63,744 nt of DNA, filler included, from Cercozoa sp. M6MM (GCA_040357565.1; 12 parts of 12 records of this genome joined end to end with filler, not necessarily neighbours in it); one strand, 5' to 3'; positions 23,580-37,262 are shown, counted from the whole stretch's first letter. The notes: generated by a model from the letters alone, not told the origin. Program-made: numbers and translations.

Positions 23580-25600
23580 CCGGGGTAAGCAAGTGAATTG
23601 AAGGCAACGAAACCATCTACCGTGTCAGTGGACGGTGGCGCCTGCCACGGCGCCTTGTCGCCCTCATTAAGGGCGCGATCGTTAAGGGTGCCGCCACTGT
23701 TAAGCGTGTCACTCGGCGCCGCGTGCATCGGCGGCATCATGTGGCCAGAGTGCACCGGCATTCCGGTCGACATGCCACCTTGCATGCCCGTCTGTCCAGA
23801 GGTACAACGCATGCCTGTGTATACATGGACAGTACAAAATGTACACATGGATCTACCATGGACGGGTGCATGCCCGGGTGCTGCTGCATGTGGTGTGGCA
23901 TGCCCCACATGTCGGCGTGGCCGCCCGGGTGCCGCTGCATCGGTGGCATGTGCTGCTGCTGTGTCAAGGGGCAGGGAAGTAGAGTAGGGGGGGGGAAGAG
24001 AGTAACAGACATGCTACCTGGTACGGCGACCAGTAGTGCGCGCCCATCGGCATGCTCGGAGGGTACATCGGCTGTTGCATGTGCGCACCGTGCATGCCGT
24101 GCCCACCCTGCACGTGCACACCGTGCGCTGCACCACCGTGACCGTGCGGAAGACCGTGCGGGTGACCACTTGGCACGTGCGCACCGTGCGGCTGTCCACC
24201 GTGCGGCACCGCCTGCTGCCACGGCGCCGCCGACGACCACACCGCCTGCAGCAACAGCAGTTTACACCTTCAGTTCACCCCCCTCTTACCCCCTGTGCTA
24301 ACTGAATGCTATACAGGCATGGGAGGCAGTTTGTCAGGCGCCTCCTTTACCACCGGCGCCTCCTTCTCCACCGGCGCCTTCGTCTGTGATGTCAAGAATA
24401 ATTTGTGATGTGTCAAAAACAATTAAGGTCAAAATAATTAAGGTCAAAAAATAATTAAGATGGGTGGAAAAGGACTACCTCCGGCATGTCACCAAAGATG
24501 GCATCAGTCGCCGCTTTCTTCAACGCATCACGCTGCGGCACTTGACCTACACAGCATCTCGACATCGGGGGAGGGGTGGAGTCAAAAAAATAGGATACTC
24601 AGGAAGGCGGGATGCCCGGCAGCGAACCACTCCGACAGTGGCACAAAGTACTGCACGCACGCACACACACACACACACACACGCATGAGATACATACAGG
24701 TTCCAGAGATACAGGGAACAAAAACGGCTACCTCATTCATGCCATCGCAGCGCACGTTGAGCGTCTCTTTAAAATGGCCCTGTGTGGGGGGGGGGGGGTG
24801 TTGGGGCATGAGGAGAAAGGTATGAACAAGACAGGCAGCTACCTGATGGAACCATTGACGCATGACCACTTCGTCGAACGGGCCTCGTTGACGGCCGCGA
24901 GGATCCTGCAGTCCATGTGTGACCCATGTGCAAACAACGGGGATACCAAACGCACCAGGTAGAACCACTCCTTCGGCGATGACGAACGCGAAGGCAGCTG
25001 CACGCGAGCCTGCTTCGACTGGCCTGCGCAGGGAAGTTATACAAAGCAACAGGAAGGAAAGGTTTACAAACAGGGACACACCATCCAGAGTGACCACCGT
25101 GGCAGTGCGACCAAAGATCGCGTCGGCCGGCTTGGTCTGCAGCAGTGAGAGTATTTTGGGCAACAAACAAATGCCAAAACTTGAGTACCACGGAAGGAAC
25201 CGGTGTAAGGTACTACACACACAAGCATAGAGACGTGCCCCACGAAAACCACAACCAAGGTCTCTAACATACAGAGTCGGCAAAGGGAAACGTCTTCCGA
25301 GCACTCGCTTCTTCCTACACAAACAGAGCACTTGTGCACAAACCTCACATAGAAGAGAACTTCAACAGTACGTCTGGTGCAAGTGACGTGTATACAAGCG
25401 GCGTGTCAATTGGTTTCTCGCGCAGACACGACTGCACATTGGTTCAGATGAAAGACACCACTCAGAGCTACATGGCAAAATGTCAGACGCTTTACCGACG
25501 ACACATTCGGTCGTTCGCCGGCGTTGAAGGCACCCAGCACTGTCGACAAAGACAGCGTCATCTGCGCACAGACCAAACAAAACATTTCGAGGCAAAAACA
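23580..25600 (-). CDS. Multi-exon hypothetical protein with His/Gly/Pro/Met-rich low-complexity region (3' partial)
   Basis: Exon-like blocks such as PHGGQPHGAHVPSGHPHG and HMPPMQRHPGGHADMWGMPHH; family not recognised. Confidence 0.5.
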
Positions 25601-26010
25601 CGAACTACACCTCTCAAAAGCAGGATTCAGGAGCAAGCAAAAATGGAATGAACAAAAAACCGCGCAAATAAAAAAACACCGGCGCATGTGCGCTGCGGCA
25701 ACCGGAATACCCGGGGCTCTTACATCACACACATGGCACCTCGCCCAGAGCCCTCATGCGAAAACAACACTCCAAAAATATCTTGTGAGAAGAACCGACC
25801 TGATCTCGAAAGAGGAAACAGCTAGCAGCAGGCACAGAGTGCGGCACACACGTGGAGTAAATTTTGAGGTGAAGGGCCGTTGTGTCGATGAGGTCCACGG
25901 CCGTACATGATATTTACTTTTTCTGATTGAATGACGGTCCAGGGTCACACGGGCGCTCCAATCGCTACGTTCTTCCTGTGTGTTTTTTTGTTTTGTCAAG
26001 GCGCCGGAAG

Positions 26011-27178
26011 ATGTTCGAAGACGACGGTATTACTGTTAAGAAGGGCGCTGATGACGTCTTTGTGCTTAAAATGGCACGCGGAGAAGTACAATTTTTGCAG
26101 TGTCCACCTGCCGTTTTTAAATGCCAATGTGCTTTGTTGGTCGGCACAGAACCGCGTCAACGTTGCTTTGGTGACGTCGTTGAACAAGGCACTAGACAAA
26201 GGTAGATTCCCTGACCATGTATCGACGTTACTTTTGTCGAAAGCGTGTGTTTGTAGTTCAGGAGGCGGCTGCCCAGGTTGACGGCAAGCCGTCGCTCGTG
26301 CTGACAGGCGACGGCAAGTTCTTTAGCAATGGTCTCGACACAGGCGAGATGACTCAGCTCGCTTCCGAAGGTCGTGTCGACGATTTTATGGTGTGTGCAA
26401 ATCTAGCGAACTTGTTAATTTTTCTGACAAATTGATATATGCTTGAGTGCAACAGGCTCCAATCTGCAAGCTTCTGTCGCGCATTCTCGTCTTTGTATCT
26501 TTCCATTGCATCGTTCATATCGTCATCTTGTCCTTAACCTTGGTGTTTCAGCCCATGCCAACCGTGGCAGCTGTGAACGGACATGCGTTTGGAGCCGGTC
26601 TGTTCCTCGCCTTGGTGTGCGACTACCGCTGCATGCGCACGCAGCGCGGCTTCCTGTGTCTTCCTGAGACGCGACTGGGCATGCCATTTTCCTGGGGTAC
26701 ACCTTGACTTTGCTTCTGCCCTATTGTTCACCCTCTACACGCTTTGCTTCATGTTGTTCCCCAGGCTTTGCTCGCCTGGTTCACTGCAAGCTGCCCAACA
26801 AGACCGTTCTTCGCGACGCTGCTTTGACTTCGAAGCGCTACGGCTCGACTGAGGCACTACAGGTGCAACTCATCGATCACGAATGCGACATCGAGCGGTA
26901 GATCTCGACCTCCTCACTTTCACCCTCCTGTACCTGCCTTCATGTGACAGACTCCTGCCGGCCGCAATGGCACTGGCGGCAAAACTCGCGCCGTGCGTTG
27001 TCAATGGCGACGCCTTCCAGCAGATGAAGCAAGAGGTACACTCGTTTATCGGTACCCATGAACTTGGCACACTCGGTGTGTGTTTGTCTAGATCTTCATG
27101 GACGCCTTCCTAGCACTCGCGAACTACAAGCACGGCGACTCGTTGCGTTACGCGCGCTTGTTGCGATCCAAGTTGTAG
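26011..27178 (+). CDS. Peroxisomal enoyl-CoA delta isomerase (crotonase superfamily)
   Basis: LVLTGDGKFFSNGLD, PMPTVAAVNGHAFGAGLFLALVCDYR, FLCLPETRLG; spliced C-terminus ends RSKL* (PTS1). Confidence 0.9.
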
Positions 27179-27313
27179 TTTCAAGTTCAGGTATTTCACT
27201 AGCGTAGCATACGCATAGCAGTTCAAAACGATTTGCGTTTCGTTGCCTGCCAACGATGGATTTCGTTTGCTGTGCCGTGCGCGAGCGTGCTTAATACTGT
27301 AAGTCACACAGGC

Positions 27314-28856
27314 CTACTCCGGGTCCACCGAAATGTCCTCGACTTGAGTTTCCCCAGCCTGTGAAACCTCTTCGTTCGAAACGTCGTCGACCGAAACCTC
27401 TTCGTTCGAAACCTCCTCGGTTGAAACGTCGCCGACCTGAGTTTCCTCGATTTGAATCTCTTCAACCAGGGTCTCCTCGTCCGAAGTCTCTTCAGCCAGG
27501 GTGTCCTCGTCCGAAGCCTCTTCAAACGAAGTCTCCTCGTCCGAAGTCTCTTCAAACAAAGTCTCCTCGTCTGAAGTCTCCTCGTCCGAAGTCTCATCAA
27601 ACATAGTCTCCTCGTACGGAGTAAACAGGGCCTCCTCGTCCGAAGCCTCCTCAGTCGACACCTCTTCGATTTGGTGGGTCTCCTCGGTCGACACCTCTTC
27701 GACCTGGGTCTCCTCGGTCGACACCTCTTCGACCTGGGTCTCCTCGGTCGACACCTCTTCGACCTGGGTCTCCTCAGTCGACACGTGCTTAAGCGAGGCA
27801 GCCTGCTTGGACTCAGCGGCGGCGTGCATGACCTTTAGTTCGTCCAGGTCGTTGATCAGCGCATTGGTGTACCGAAGCACTTCCAGCCGGAAAGTGCTGA
27901 GATTCGTGCCTCGTGGCAGCAACGCTCGGGCCATCGAGCGCACAAGCTTGGCCTCCTGCATCATGAGCAAGCGCAAGGCTGGACTCGCCGTCTCGAGCTG
28001 GCCCAGGCGCGACCAGAGTACCAGCAGCGTGTACAGGTGCATCGTCACACTCCGCGGCGACAGCGACAGCTGCACGCGCAGTGCGCACGACTGCGCCAGC
28101 CACATCACCGCGCATCGGTCCACCGCGTCTTGCTCATTCTGATGGAGCAAATGGGTAAAGGAGGTAACAGATAACATAGGGGGTTCAGGGGTTAAGAGGG
28201 AGGCACCTCGCACAAGCGCTTAGACAAGGCTTCGTCCAGATCGAGCAGCACGTCGACAAAGCCACCAACGGCAAAGGTCATGGAGTCTTGAGTCTATGTA
28301 CACGCAGAGGAGGTACATCAAGGGACAAAAAAGCCACACCCTCAACTAAAACATTGCACGCACCTTCGGGAACCTCAGCTGAGGCAGATGCAGTAGCTGC
28401 CAGAACTGGGGCGCTGCCTCAACCGCACAGACCAGAGCCGGGTCGTCTCCACTCTCCCTACGTAGCATACACACGTAGCATATACACACATACCAAAGGT
28501 ATCGACAGCAGGTGTGAAGGTACGCGTTCTGCACGGCCACCAACAACGACGACGCCACGTGCGCGAGCGAAATCGGCGAGATAAAGCTTGAAAGCTTAAG
28601 GCGCGGGAGCGCCGACAGCGCTGAAGCATATACGAATTATCAGATTCACCCTTCCGGTTACCCCCCTCCAATCAGCAGTCAACGCACACTGCAAGAATTC
28701 GTTAAACTCGCGGAAACGGAAGGACGCCGACATCAGCACGACGACTTCGTTCGATGAAGTTTCGTGCCGAAGTGCGAGTTTCTGGTGCACCATCAAACGG
28801 CACGCCTCGTACTCCTTCTTGAGGTCCTCGTCGTACTTGGTCGACTCACTCGCCAT
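27314..28856 (-). CDS. Hypothetical protein with acidic tandem-repeat C-terminus
   Basis: MASESTKYDEDLKKEY...; last exon carries (EEVSTEETQV)n and (EETSDEETL)n from 30-bp and 15-bp DNA units. Confidence 0.65.
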
Positions 28857-29174
28857 TGAAAGCAGCGCATGGAGCTACATGCACACACGATAACACAAAC
28901 ACACATGAGACACGGTGCAAGAAAACATTACGCGCCCGACTGCGGAAATGGGCTTGGCGCGCCGACCCAATACGCGTCCACAAACCCGCACAGGAAGCAT
29001 CTTTCTTGTCTTTGTTGACGGGGCACGCAGCCACGCAGACTCAAACTACTCGTAGAGTGCGGTGCAAAATTTCTTTGTTTTTCTTTAGTTTCTTTTATTC
29101 TGTTGCATACGCAGTGCGGTTGTTGGGTTGATTCCATTGCGTTGGGAGGTACTGAGACGATTTTAGCTGTTTAT

Positions 29175-29380
29175 AAACTACAAGAAGAACCCCTCAAGTT
29201 GGTGCAGAGTGAGCGGCGTCGACAGCCCCGGTAGGCGTCCGTCTGCACGAAATAATGGCCACACATATACGCACTGGGATACAGCACAGGCATACCAGCC
29301 AGGAAGTCGGCAAGAGTGGTGGCTTCCTCCTTGCTTTTGGCGGCACCGCCACCGAGCACCGAGGCTGCCAGTTCGGCCTG
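29175..29380 (-). CDS. Last exons of a hypothetical protein
   Basis: VLGGGAAKSKEEATTLADFLA|DGRLPGLSTPLTLHQLEGFFL* via a GTATGC..GCAG intron. Confidence 0.4.
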
Positions 29381-29406
29381 TGCGATATTAAGGGTTAGAG
29401 GGTAGC

Positions 29407-29454
<48 letters not shown>

Positions 29455-29589
29455 NNNNNNNNNNNNNNNNNNNNNNNNNNNNNNNNNNNNNNNNNNNNTT
29501 AATTAATTAANNNNNNNNNNNNNNNNNNNNNNNNNNNNNNNNNNNNNNNNNNNNAAACAGAGGGGTAAACAGGGGGGGTAAACAAGCAC

Positions 29590-30789
29590 CTGGTAGCTCC
29601 AGGCGCCGTGCACGAGAAGCAGCGGCGCCAAGAAGCGGAACTGCGCGACGGCGTAGTCACTCGACTGCACGGCCTGCACACGTGTCACCCAGTCCAGTAC
29701 AGTCCAGTCCAGTCAGTCACGTGGTCACTCAGGTGGTCACTCAGGTGGTCACTCAGTCAGACACGTGACACAGGGGGGTAGAACAACACGAGTACTCACC
29801 TGCAGTCCCTCCTCGCCCGAGATGCCGATGCCGACGTGCGCCGCCTTGATCATCGGCACGTCGTTGGCACCGTCGCCTGAGCACGTGGTCACTCAGTCAG
29901 TGAGTCACGTGGCCACCCATGTGGTCACAGAGTCACCCACATGGGCACAGAGTCACGTGGTCACAGAGTCACGTGGTCACGTGTGGTACCAATGGCGAGA
30001 GTCTGCGCGCCTCGGACGTTCTCGCGCACCAGTTGCACCTGCACATTGTCAGAATGATCGATCCGGACGATCACAATGATTGATCAGGACGATCACAATG
30101 ATCGATCAGAACGATCAATCACAGTGACTGCAGTGTACTGTACCAGTTGCGCCTTCTGTGCCGGCGAGACGCGGCAGGCCACGACGGCGCCGACCTGCTG
30201 CGCCGCCGACAGGAAACGCCGCTGCAGCCGCTGCTCCTCCTCGGCCTCCTGGGGGTAGGGGGGGGGGGGGAAAGGGGGGGTAAAGGGGGGGGGTAAAGGG
30301 GATAGGTGGGTGAGGAAGTAGGGGGAGGGGAACCTCCGGCGTCGGCGGGATCTCCTTGCCACGTGCGTCACTGCAGCCAGTCACACCGTCACACCCCCCA
30401 CTCAGTCACCCAGTCACACACCCCACTCAGTCACTCGCTGAGAGAAACGCCTACCGACGACGGTGCGGAAACACAAAGCCGAGCACGCGACCACTGGGGA
30501 GGGAGGGGGTAAAGAGGGGGGCAAAGAGGGGGGTAAAGAGGGGGGTAAAGGGAGAAGGCAACTCTACCTGACCACAATGCCCTGATGCCGCATGTCGGCA
30601 CCCTCAGCCACTGCGCACGTGGTCACTCACTCACTCAGTCAGAGTGGTCACTCAGAGAGAGTGATCACTCAGTCAGACTGATCTCTCAGTCAGACACGTG
30701 GGAGGGGGGGGTAAAACTACCCTTCTGCGCCACGACACGCTCAGCATGCGCCAGAGCGTCCAGTGCCGCGCGGCGCGCTTCCTCTGCCA
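29590..30789 (-). CDS. P4-type ATPase (phospholipid flippase), internal fragment
   Basis: [73 protein letters not shown]. Confidence 0.95.
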
Positions 30790-30942
30790 NNNNNNNNNNN
30801 NNNNNNNNNNNNNNNNNNNNNNNNNNNNNNNNNTTAATTAATTAANNNNNNNNNNNNNNNNNNNNNNNNNNNNNNNNNNNNNNNNNNNNGGGGGGTAAAG
30901 AGGGTAAAGAGAGGACTAAACTGGGGGCAAACAGCAAGGTAC

Positions 30943-33900
30943 CCGAAGCGACAGACATTGCTGCTTGAGGTCGGCGCACTGTTGCCGCGCGAACTGCAGC
31001 TGCGACGTCAGCGACCGCGACTGCATCGACTGCTCCTCGTTGCGCCGCCTCTCCTCGTCCGCCTGCGTCTGTACAAACCCCTTCCTCCTTCCCCTAAGTC
31101 CTTAATTTCTTTACCCCCCCCCAGAGAAAGTGTACCTGCAGCAGCTTGACTTGCTTCTGTGTTTCTTGCACCACTTTTTCCAACGGCATGCGTTCTGCCT
31201 CCTCGCTAAAGGGAGGGAATAAGGGGGGTAGGGGTAAAGAGGGGTAGAGAGTAAAGAGGGGAGGGGGTAAAGAGGGGGAGGGGTACACATCGGCAGCACG
31301 CATGGCCAGCTGCGACAGCAGCGAGTCGACGGCCGTCGCCACCGTCGACAGTGAGAGCGACTGCTGCTGCTGCGCGGCGTATTTCTCCTGCTCCGCGCGG
31401 ACCTGCTGGCGCAGTTCCTGTCGCCACAACAACACCGTCCATATGTACCGGTACAGGCACAACTGTACAGGTACAACTGTACTGGACACGTGTACCTGAA
31501 CCTCGGCCTGGACCTGCGAGTGCTCGAGTCGCAGCTGCTCGCGCTCGCGTCGCAGCGCCTGCAGTTCCTGCTCGCCGAACAGCTGCTGCACCGAGCTCTG
31601 CGCACGTCCGCGCGGACGTAAGAATACAAGAAACACAACAACAGAGTCGCACCTGCTTGCGCTGCGCGGCCGTGTCGCCGAAGAGTCGCACCAGTGCGTT
31701 GATCCGATCACTCAGTGTGGCCACCAGAGTGTCTTCACTCTCATTGGTATCGCCAGTGGTATCACCAGTGATACCATCAGCGGTACCGTCAGTGGTGCCA
31801 CCAGTGGTACCAATGGCACGTGTCACCACGTCGCACATATCGCGCAGCTTGCGTCGCCGCTGAGCACGTGTTGCCTGCCGAGGTAAGGGTATGGGATGAG
31901 GGATACAAGGTAGGGAGTAAAGGCAGGGAGTAAAGGTAGGAGGTAAAAGCAGGGAGTAAAGGTAGGAGGTAAAGGCAGGGAGTAAAGGCAGGGAGCAAGG
32001 GAGGTAAATGAGGGCAGCGGGGGGGGGGGGGGGTAAACCTCGTGGCGCGCGTGCTCGTGCAGCTTGCGTTCGAGCAGTTGAATCTGCGCACGCAGCACGG
32101 GCAGCGTGGCCGCCTGCGCCGCCAGTCGCTCCTGCCGCTGCCGCGACTCGGCCAGGTCGTGTGCGGCGTTTCTCTGCACACACCCAGACAGAGTAACCAC
32201 GTGTGTGATCAATACGACCACGTGCGATCAAAACGACCACTCTCAGTCAATACGATAACTCTCAGTCAATACGACCACTCTCAGTCTGAGAGCTGGGTGG
32301 TTGGTACCGAGCGACACAGCTCGCGTTCCTGCTCGTCGAGTTGCCGGCGGAAGACCTTGCACAAGGCGGCGGCGTCCTCGCCACTGTACACAGGTACACA
32401 CGGACGGTACACATGGACAAGTACACATGGACAAGTACACATGGACCGATACATATGTACAGGTACCTACTTAAGGCTGCTGTGGCCTCCTCGATCTCCG
32501 TTGTTAACTGCTGCACGCGCTCGCGCAGCTGCTGTACCTGCGGGGGGTAAAGGGGTGAGGAAGGGGGCAAATGGGTAAGGGGGCAAATGGGTAAGGGGGC
32601 AAATGGTTAAGGGGGGAGGCAAAACAGAAGAGACCTCTGAGTTGCGCTCGCGGAGCGCCGTCTGCATGCGCGTGACGATCTCGTTCTTCTCGGTGCTGTC
32701 CTGGTCGGACATACTGACACTCGCGTTCAGCTGCGACTGCGACAGGTCCGAGCGCAGCGACTGCACCTCTGGGGAGAGGCGGTAAAGAGGTAAGGGGTGG
32801 TAGAGAGGGAGGCGAGGGGAGGGGTAAAACTACCACTCTGCAGTGTGTGCGTACGCTGCAGCAGCGTTTGCCTCTCGCGGTTCCATTCCTCTTCGCTGTG
32901 CTGCGCCTGCACACACACAGAGATGTTTACCCCACCTCCTCCCCCTTACCCGCCCAAGACACTACCTCTTCTTTCGAGCGTTGGCAGTCGCGTTGCAGGT
33001 CCTGTTGACAAAGCGGGTCGGGGGTAAGGGGTAAGTGGATAAGAGGGAGGTAGAGAGGGGGATAAGAGGGAGGTAAAGAGGGGGATAGGAGGAGGTAAAG
33101 AGGGTAAAGAGGGAGTAAAGAGGGGGGTAAAGAGGGGGGTAAAGAGGGGGGTAAAGAGGGGGTGAAGGCGTGACAGAGACGTGCCAGGATCTGGTGCCGC
33201 AGCTGCGACAGAGCGTCCTCGTGCTGCGACTCGCCGACGCGCAGCTGTGCCTCCAGCTGCGCGATTCGCGTGCGCAGCTGCGTCCCCAACACGGTTCATT
33301 TGTACCGTCCACTTGTACACACAAAGCAGTACAAACGGACCGCAGTACCTTCTTCTTCTCCGAGAGTGCCTCGCGACGACAGTTTTCGGCCTCCTCGCGC
33401 AGTCGCCTCTCGTTCTCCGTCTGCGACAAGGATAGGGTAGGGGGGGGGGGTAAAGAAGTAGAAAAGCCCTACGGCGTCCTGTACGCGACGCTGCATTCGC
33501 TGCAACTGACTCTGCCGCAGCGCTGCGCGACACCAGAGATACAGCTGACGTGAGGCGGGGTATATATCCAGAGGGATAACCTACCGTGCTGCAGTTGCAG
33601 CTGCGAGTGCGACAGTGCCGAGGCGTTGAGACTCTGATTGCTGTTGACACTTCCCCCATCAGCAGCATTAGCAACAGTTGCTGCGGCTTTTCCAAACAAC
33701 GGCAGCGTCAGGTTGCCACTGCCACGCTCACCTTCGCTGTTCGTGTGGTCTCCCTGGACGGACGGTGTGCGGTGCGGTGCCATGTGCGACATGTCGAACA
33801 TTGGCGACGCCACGGCCGCTGTAGCACCCTACGCAAAAGCACTCTGAACGCCTAAGCCCTCCCCTCACAGGCAACACGATACATGCGTGCGCGTGGCCGG

Positions 33901-33960
33901 TCGTATTGTTGAGAGGTTCAGATTGAGTCCGCTCGGCGTGGCCGCCTGGGGTGTCAGACG
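30943..33960 (-). CDS. Long coiled-coil protein (3' partial)
   Basis: Many short Q/E/R/L-rich heptad exons (e.g. QELQALRREREQLRLEHSQVQAE, LRTRIAQLEAQLR). Confidence 0.7.
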
Positions 33961-34179
33961 CGGCCGCTTAAACTCTCGATCGCTCATTCTAGTAACAGTA
34001 GCACACGCCTGCGCTGCCTTACTGTGCTAGGCGAGGGAGCTGCTGGGTTTCCAAAAGAGCGCCTCCCCAAAATTATGCAGTTAAAGGTGCGCCTGCATGC
34101 GATTTGTTTGTTTGGCGAACATCCCCCGAGATTCCTAGCCTGTCAGAGCGTGCAGCTCAGAGTAAGCACTCGTTCGGGC

Positions 34180-35721
34180 ATGTCTGATAACGTGCTCAAG
34201 GAGGTATGCTTGTTTTATTTGTTCTGGAGATCAATTAATCCAATGGCGTGACATGGGACTTAGTTGCCGCTAAGCTCTCACGATTTGTTGCGTTTTGTTG
34301 TTTATGCGTCGGTTTCTGCCCAAAGCATGGGGAACGAGCGTGTTGGTGATCGGACCAAACAAAGTTGTCTGAGCAGGGATGGCTGCTCAAGCAGGGCCTA
34401 AACGATCGGCGCTTCAGAAGCATGCGTCGCTTCCGGCGGCGTTATTTTGTCTTGACCAATGAGTCACTAAGCTATTGGGCGAAGCAGTCCGACTATCAAG
34501 CGATGGTAGCGGGCACAGTTGAGAATGCAGTTGAACAATGCAGTTGTAGCCAGATATGAGTGGGATGACTGAACAATGCAGCTGGCGCCGTCGATGGTGT
34601 TCTGGCTGAATGACTTGATCTTGGTGTTGCGCCCATCTGAGTCAACTCCGACACTCGAGGTTTTTTTGCTGCCCGTTGGCTTTTTTTTCGCATTTCCATA
34701 TGCAGGCCGTGAGCACGGATGCTTCGGCGCTGCTGCGTGGTGATTGCGACAAGGACGATGTGTTTGGAGAGCAAGGCGTATTGGCCTGGCGTGGTGTGGT
34801 TTTTTTTATGTTTCAGTTTGACGTTTTCGTTTTCGTTTGTGGGTTGTAAAAAAAACGCTGGTTTGCGCTGTCAGACGCCGTGCGAGCGGCACAGACGCAG
34901 TTTGCGCAGCAGCAGAAACAAGTGTCGCAACACTCTGTGCTTCTCGAGTAAGCTGTCTCTGTTTTCACTCTATGTTGTCGTTTCGATACCCCAGCTTCTT
35001 CATTGTTGTGCGTGTGCAGAGCAGCACCGACAGCGGCGAAGAAAGCCGTCAGCAACGAGATCGAACTGCCACGGCACCTGTGCACAAGTGCCAACGACGG
35101 CGACAGCAGTGACGCAGGCGACCGGCTTGATGAAATTGACGACACATCACTACAGTTCTTCCAACAGTCACTCACGGTACCTCCTCTGCTGTGTGCTTTC
35201 GCTCTTACCTTTTGTCGCTGTGCTCTCCTGCCGCCTGCCTCTCTACTCCCTTTATCCCTTGCCCCCTTAACATTTGCCCCTTAACCTTTGCCCCCTTTAA
35301 CCTTTACCCCCTTGCCACAGCAAGTACTGGACGGAAACATGGACGAAATCGAAGCGGCGTCGTTCGATTTGACGCGTGACTCGCTCGATTTTGTTGTTAC
35401 TACGGTCGGTTTTGTCCCCTACCCCTCCCCTTACTCCCTACCGTTACCCTCTCCCAGCAGAGACGAAGAGCAGCGACGACGACGGCCAGTGTCGATGCCG
35501 AGCTGAAGGCGGCGCGACCGCGAACGATGCGCGAACTGCTGGAACTCGCGCTGCGCGAGGACGACGCGCGACTGTAGTTTTATCCCCCCCCCCCCCCACG
35601 CACACCTCTCTTCACCATCTGTTACCCCCTCCCCGCAGGCGTGCAGCACTAATGCTGTTTCATACGCGCATTCTGCGACAGGACGCTAAAACGTTGCTCA
35701 AGCAGCGTGGACTGCGATGCG
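34180..35721 (+). CDS. PH-domain protein (3' partial)
   Basis: MSDNVLKE|GWLLKQG...FRRRYFVLTNESLSYWAKQ is a typical PH beta1-beta3 pattern. Confidence 0.8.
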
Positions 35722-35909
35722 GTACTATCCCTTATACCCTTAGCCCATATGCCCTTACCCCTTACCCTTTATGCCTTACCCCTTACCCTTTATGCCTTAN
35801 NNNNNNNNNNNNNNNNNNNNNNNNNNNNNNNNNNNNNNNNNNNTTAATTAATTAANNNNNNNNNNNNNNNNNNNNNNNNNNNNNNNNNNNNNNNNNNNNC
35901 ACACACACA

Positions 35910-35949
<40 letters not shown>

Positions 35950-35975
35950 GTACTTTCTTAACGCCCTGTGTATAG

Positions 35976-37216
35976 GGAGTTCTTCGAGAATCCGCAGTTC
36001 CGCGTGGACGGACTGAAGTTGTACCCGACCCTCGTGATTCGCGGCACGGGACTCTACGAGCTCTGGAAGACCGGCGCCTACCGCAACTACGACCCGGATG
36101 GTTCTTGCCTCTGTCCCCTCCCCCTCCCCCCTGTTACTCCTTGCTTTTTGGCAGTGTTGGTCGATTTGTTGGCTCGCATCATGGCTCTCGTGCCGCCATG
36201 GTAGCATCATATACAAATATAGGTATATGTGCATGGCTTGTATTCTTTGACTTGCAGGACGCGCGTGTACCGAATCCAGCGCGACATTCCGATGCCGCTG
36301 GTGACGTCTGGTGTGGTACCTCACTTCTCCCCATCTTGTCTATAGTACGAGAGTCCCTCCACACCCACCTGTTGACTGGATAGGAACACGGCAACATTCG
36401 CGAGTTGGTGCTTCAGCGCATGGCTGATCTGGGCCTGCCTTGTCGCGACATTCGCACGCGAGAGGTACCTCCTGCTGACAGGATATATATTAAGCCCCCT
36501 TTACCCCCCCCCCCCCGTGCCCATAGATCGGCATCAAGAACATCCACGAGAAGATTCTCGAGCACGACTTGCCTGAGCCGGAGTTAATTCGACGCGACTA
36601 CTGCGCCAACGGTGGCTGGGAGACCTTCCTATCCTACGAGGGTACCTCTCCCCTATTCTCCTTGATTCTACCCCTTAATGTACCCCCCCCCCCTCTTAGA
36701 CCCTCGGAACGACACATTGATCGGTCTGCTGCGACTGCGCAAATGTGCTCCTGCCAGCACACATCGTCCGGTACTACTTTTTCTTTATGTGTCTTTCCCT
36801 CTTATCCCTGCAATGCACAGGAACTGCAAGGCAATGTGTCGATGGTTCGGTACGACCTTTATTGTTGTGGAGGTATGTATGTACAGATGTGTGTTTCTGT
36901 GGGCACAGGGAACTGCACGTGTACGGTTCTGCTGTTCCTGTGCACGCGCGTGACCCGGCACGTTTCCAGCACCAGGTATGTCTGACCTACCTTCCTTCCA
37001 CCAATGTACCCCTACCTACCTCTTCAGGGCTTCGGCACACTTCTGATGGAGGAGGCCGAACGTATTGCACGGTGCCTTTGCCTCTCTCCGTTCATACTGA
37101 AAACAGTTATGTGTGTGCTCTTACAATGGCCTGTTGTCAGCGATGAGCACGGCAGCACCAAACTCGCCGTGATTGCTGGCGTCGGCACGCGCAAGTACTA
37201 CGCCAAGTTGGGTACC

Positions 37217-37262
<46 letters not shown>

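Noticed and set aside
27361-27790. CRISPR-like array
   Set aside because: Head-to-tail coding repeats without unique spacers; eukaryotic context and no cas genes
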